Shown here in pieces: positions 57,502-64,000 of a stretch of DNA of 64,000 bases. The position numbers were made by a program, and so were the translations under genes. Below the pieces are notes generated by a model that was given only the letters and a program-made list of their open reading frames with translations, did no database searches and was not told the origin of the DNA. Every line of letters starts with the position of its first letter. Positions within the stretch are counted from its first letter, which is position 1. The DNA is from Planctomycetota bacterium (GTDB lineage Bacteria > Planctomycetota > JAJSAM01 > JAJVHW01): NCBI GenBank assembly GCA_024280885.1, contig JAJRPF010000008.1:11707-75706 (forward strand), written 5' to 3'.

Positions 57502-58059
57502 GTGGCAAACCCCAGCCACACGATCGCTCGCGTCTACGCACAGGCGCTCTACGAGGTCGCCGAGGAGCAGGGCTCGGTCGGCGTCGTGCACGATGAGTTG
57601 CGCGCTCTCGCCGGATTGGCCTGGCAAGAGGGCAACGAGGACATTCGCGACTTCTTCCTCTCGCCGCGCATCGATCGCGATACGAAGTGGAAGTTGTTGG
57701 GCGACGCACTCGCAGAGCATCTCTCCCGTCCGGTACTCGGCTTGCTCAAGGTCCTGATCTTCAAGGGCCGCGAGGCGACGCTGGACAACATCGCCGACCA
57801 TTTCGACAGGTTCCAGGATCTGGCGGAGAACCGCATCCACGCGCACGTCACGGTGGCGTCGCCGATGGACGACGCGCTCAGGGCGGACCTGACGGCGCGC
57901 CTCGAGGCGGAGAGCGGCAAGGTCGTGCGCATGCACGAGCGCGTCGATCCCTCGATCATCGGCGGCGCGTCCATTCGCGTCGGTGACCGTGTGATCGACC
58001 GCACTCTGCGGACCAAGCTGGCAGCGCTGCGCGAGCACCTGCTGGAGACGGCGAACTAG
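57502..58059 (+). CDS. atpH: ATP synthase F1 subunit delta (OSCP)
   Basis: GTG start. OSCP-like sequence throughout. Confidence 0.9.
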   Translation: MANPSHTIARVYAQALYEVAEEQGSVGVVHDELRALAGLAWQEGNEDIRDFFLSPRIDRDTKWKLLGDALAEHLSRPVLGLLKVLIFKGREATLDNIADHFDRFQDLAENRIHAHVTVASPMDDALRADLTARLEAESGKVVRMHERVDPSIIGGASIRVGDRVIDRTLRTKLAALREHLLETAN

Positions 58060-58152
58060 CGACGGCAACGAGCGATTGACGACGAGCGAGCTTATAGCGA
58101 CGAAGCGCGCGCCGGGGTTTCCCGGCCGACGCACACGAGCGGAGAACGGCAA

Positions 58153-59805
<1,653 letters not shown>

Positions 59806-59824
59806 GTAGCGGGGAGAGACGGCC

Positions 59825-60730
59825 GTGGCCCAGAACTCCAAGGCGATCCGCAAGCGCATCAAGAGTGTCGCTTCGACGAAGAAGATCACGCGCACCATGG
59901 AAATGGTCGCGACTTCGAAGTTGCAGCGCATCCAGGGGCGTGTGCTCCAGTCGCGTCCCTACATGGCGGCGATGAAGAGCCTGATGGAGAAGATCTCCGG
60001 ATCGGTCGAGAGCATCGGTCTCTTGTCGCCGCTCTTCGAGCGTCGTACGCCGACGAAGCGGGTCCTGGTGTTCGTGATCACGGCCAACCGCGGTCTCTGC
60101 GGCGGCTTCACCTCGAACATCGTCAAGATGTGCCGCGATCACCTCGATGCGCTCCGCGAAGAAGGCATCGAGCCGACGCTGTGGGTGGCCGGCAAGAAGG
60201 GCGTCTCGCAGTTGAAGTTCCGCGGTGTGGACATCGACGAGTCGCGTACCGATCTCACGGACAACCCGACGTTTGCCGAGGCCGAGAGTATCGCGGCGCC
60301 CATGCTGGCGGCGTTCCTCGACCACACGGTCGATCGCGTCGACGTCGTCTATGCCGACTTCAAGTCGGTCGGCAGCCAGCCGCCGACGGCGACCACGCTC
60401 TTGCCGGTCGGCGACACCGGCTCGGAAGACGGCGACGAGTCCGGATCCGAAGACGAACACGGCGCCGGTGCCGACCAATTCATCTACGAGCCGTCGGCCG
60501 CTGAGATCCTGGCCGAGCTCGGTCCGGTGTACGTGAAGAACCTGATGTATCGGATGTTGCTCTCCTCTGTGGCCAGCGAGCAGATCGCACGTCGCGTCGC
60601 GATGAAGAACGCGACGGATGCGGCCGGTGACATGGAGAAGAACCTCACCCGTGACTACAACAAGGCGCGCCAGGCAGCGATCACGCAAGAGATTGCTGAG
60701 ATCGTCGGCGGCGTCGAGGCGATGAAGTAA
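59825..60730 (+). CDS. atpG: ATP synthase F1 subunit gamma
   Basis: Gamma signature at the N- and C-termini. Acidic insertion GDTGSEDGDESGSEDEHGAGADQ. Confidence 0.9.
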   Translation: MAQNSKAIRKRIKSVASTKKITRTMEMVATSKLQRIQGRVLQSRPYMAAMKSLMEKISGSVESIGLLSPLFERRTPTKRVLVFVITANRGLCGGFTSNIVKMCRDHLDALREEGIEPTLWVAGKKGVSQLKFRGVDIDESRTDLTDNPTFAEAESIAAPMLAAFLDHTVDRVDVVYADFKSVGSQPPTATTLLPVGDTGSEDGDESGSEDEHGAGADQFIYEPSAAEILAELGPVYVKNLMYRMLLSSVASEQIARRVAMKNATDAAGDMEKNLTRDYNKARQAAITQEIAEIVGGVEAMK

Positions 60731-60798
60731 AGCAAACGACCAGTCTCGCGCCCTCTCTCCGATCGCGGAGGTCGGGCGCCTGGTACGCAGAGGATTGA

Positions 60799-62223
<1,425 letters not shown>

Positions 62224-62227
62224 TCCT

Positions 62228-62623
62228 GTGAGCACCCTGACCTGCCGCATCGTCTCTCCGGAGCGCCCCCTCTTCGAGGGCGAGGTCGATCGCCTCGTCG
62301 CCCCCGGCGCGATGGGCGAACTCGGCATCTACCCGCTGCACGCACCGCTCATCTCGAAGCTCGGTCCGGGCGTCCTGCGTCTGCACCAGGGCAGCGACGT
62401 GAAGCGCATGGCGATCCGCGGCGGCTTCGTCGAGGTGAAGGACGACGACGTGATCCTGCTCGTGACCCACGCCGTCCTGCCCGAGGACGTGGACAAGCAC
62501 ACCGCTGAGCGCGATCTCGCGAACACCATCGAAGAACTGCAGCACCCGAGCACGCAGGAGCGCTTCGACGAGTTGCTCGAACAACGCACCTGGTTCGAAG
62601 TGTGCGTCCGCATGCACGCGTGA
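62228..62623 (+). CDS. atpC: ATP synthase F1 subunit epsilon
   Basis: GTG start 4 nt after the atpD stop. Epsilon fold. Confidence 0.9.
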   Translation: MSTLTCRIVSPERPLFEGEVDRLVAPGAMGELGIYPLHAPLISKLGPGVLRLHQGSDVKRMAIRGGFVEVKDDDVILLVTHAVLPEDVDKHTAERDLANTIEELQHPSTQERFDELLEQRTWFEVCVRMHA

Positions 62624-62630
62624 TGGCCTG

Positions 62631-62649
62631 ATCCGCGCGTAGCGCGGAT
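62631..62649. terminator. hairpin atccgcgc-gta-gcgcggat 8 bp after the atpC stop
   Basis: Perfect 8-bp stem followed by a G/T-rich tract tgttgtgtttgtg. Putative operon terminator. Confidence 0.5.
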
Positions 62650-62663
62650 GGGGGCATCACGCC

Positions 62664-63345
62664 GCTGTGTTGTGTTTGTGCCGACTCCGTCGGCACCCCT
62701 CACTTCGTTCGGGTGTTCGGCTTCGGTCGCGGCTCCGGCTGCTTCAACCGGGTCTGCGCTCGGAGTTCGTTGCCGCGCCTCGGGCCGTGACCACGCCGCG
62801 TGAGTTCGCGCGTCGCGAGGTCGGGTTTCGCAGGCGGAATCCGCTCCCTGCGCCTCACTGCGATGCTGTGTTGCGTTTGTGCCGACTCCGTCGTCACGCT
62901 CGCTCTCGCTCGCATGTTCGGCTCCCGTCGCGGCTCCGACTGCTTCAACCGGGGCTGCGATCGGAGTTCGTTGCCGCGCCTCGGGCCGTGACCACGTCGT
63001 GTGAGTTCGCGCGTCGCGAGATCGGGTTTCGCAGGCGGAATCCGCTCCCTGCGCCTCACTGCGATTGTCACGCTGAGTGCTGCGCACACAGCCCGCCAAT
63101 CGCTTTGTTGTGTTGGTGCCGACTCCGTCGTCACGCTCGCTCTCGCTCGCATGTTCGGCTCCCGTCGCGGCTCCGACTGCTTCAACCGGGGCTGCGATCG
63201 GATGTCGTTGCCTCGCCTCGGGCGGTGACCACGTCGTGTGAGTTCGCGCGTCGCGAGATCGGGTTTCGCAGGCGGAATCCGCTCCCTGCGCCTCACTGCG
63301 ATTGTCACGCTGAGTGCTGCGCACACAGCCCGCCAATCGCTTTCG
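62664..63345. repeat. three-copy tandem array of a 201/237-bp unit immediately downstream of the atp operon
   Basis: Unit anchor gccgactccgtcg at about 62680, 62881 and 63118 (periods 201 and 237 bp). The 3' ~150 bp of each unit are near-identical. Confidence 0.8.
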
Positions 63346-63516
63346 TTCCCGGCGTTGTCGAGAGGGTGGGGCTGCCTTGCCGCCGAGCCTTCCTACCCCT
63401 CGCCGCGCGAAGAAATTGAGCCTGGCACGGCACTTCGAAGACCGCCCGCACCGTGCCTCCCTTCGCCCTCTTCAGCGCCACTCCTTCACAGACTGGCTCC
63501 CGATCGTCTCAGACGC

Positions 63517-64000
63517 TCACTGGAAGAGGTCCGTGAACGCTTCCGATGCGGTGCGACCAACGATCGTCACGTCGTCGTTTCCGACGTTGGACGGAAGCGA
63601 GGAAATCTGCGGGCGCCCGAGAACCACATGCAGCGAACCACTTCCGTCACCGTTTAGGTCTGTCAGCCCTGATCCCAGCAGCAGGTCCTGGCGTCCATCT
63701 CCGTTGAGATCGACCGCTCCGAGGAACCTGCCGATGAGGTCAGTCTCTGCGACGCCGGAGATGATCGCAGATGCGAGCGTTGCGCTGCGGCTGGCGATGT
63801 TGGGGCCACCCGCAAACACGAAGACGCCGCCCTGACCGGACAGCTGGCCCTCGTAGAGTGAGTCTGCGACGATCAGGTCCACGTTCCCGTCGCCGTTCAC
63901 GTCCGCGAGAACGATCGAGTCTCCAAAAGTCGGGAGGACGCTCTGCGTGTCCGCCGTGAACACGAGATCGGCGGCGAGCCGCGTCGTCGAGCGCGCCGCC
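63517..64000 (-). CDS. FG-GAP/integrin-alpha-like beta-propeller repeat protein (partial; N-terminus beyond window end)
   Basis: VLADVNGDGNVDLIV, VDLNGDGRQDLLLG, TDLNGDGSGSLHVV. The minus-strand frame stays open to position 64000. Confidence 0.7.
   Translation of the reverse strand, partial: AARSTTRLAADLVFTADTQSVLPTFGDSIVLADVNGDGNVDLIVADSLYEGQLSGQGGVFVFAGGPNIASRSATLASAIISGVAETDLIGRFLGAVDLNGDGRQDLLLGSGLTDLNGDGSGSLHVVLGRPQISSLPSNVGNDDVTIVGRTASEAFTDLFQ

Noticed and set aside
62700-63326. 208-aa basic repeat ORF on the minus strand of the tandem array and three MSSRVARSG... plus ORFs
   Set aside because: No SD, and low GC3 in the plus frame. Kept only as an alternative under the tandem-repeat finding.
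62664-63345. Possible CRISPR array
   Set aside because: Repeat units are 200+ bp, with no short unique spacers between short repeats and no cas genes.

Overview
High-GC (~68-70%) bacterial chromosomal window. The 3' third (54.7-62.6 kb) is a complete F1F0 ATP synthase operon (atpZ-like, atpI-like, atpBEFHAGDC) preceded by a lower-GC leader. The rest is largely accessory-looking. (1) Four paralogous large secreted proteins share an HExxH putative zinc-metallopeptidase domain (DUF1570 / peptidase-MA-like) fused to different N-terminal modules. One sits at 0-1.7 kb, two at 8.1-15.7 kb in an operon with a SAM methyltransferase and a lipoprotein, and one at 25.4-28.3 kb. (2) A short GntR (YtrA-like) regulator heads an ABC exporter whose two paralogous permeases each carry a C-terminal PD40 beta-propeller, with a palindromic candidate operator upstream. 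(3) A tricorn-protease homolog, a multi-sensor adenylate cyclase, a polar-amino-acid ABC transporter, CutA, RlmH, and a histone-H1-like Lys/Ala tandem-repeat protein are present. (4) Three intergenic repeat systems that the gene calls do not explain. One is a 34-bp MITE/REP-like element (AGACCGGGTCGGCCTTGGGGCCTTATAGCCTCAA) in four copies. One is a 100-250-bp repeat family (R1-R4) in four same-orientation copies between small genes and a ParDE toxin-antitoxin pair at 41.7-47.7 kb. One is a 201/237-bp three-copy tandem array just after atpC. No rRNA, tRNA or CRISPR was found. Many long Arg/Pro-rich ORFs in the supplied track are antisense artefacts of the high GC and were rejected. Internal start codons were placed by counting residues against the ORF-track frames; coordinates of non-coding repeats are approximate (within a few bp).
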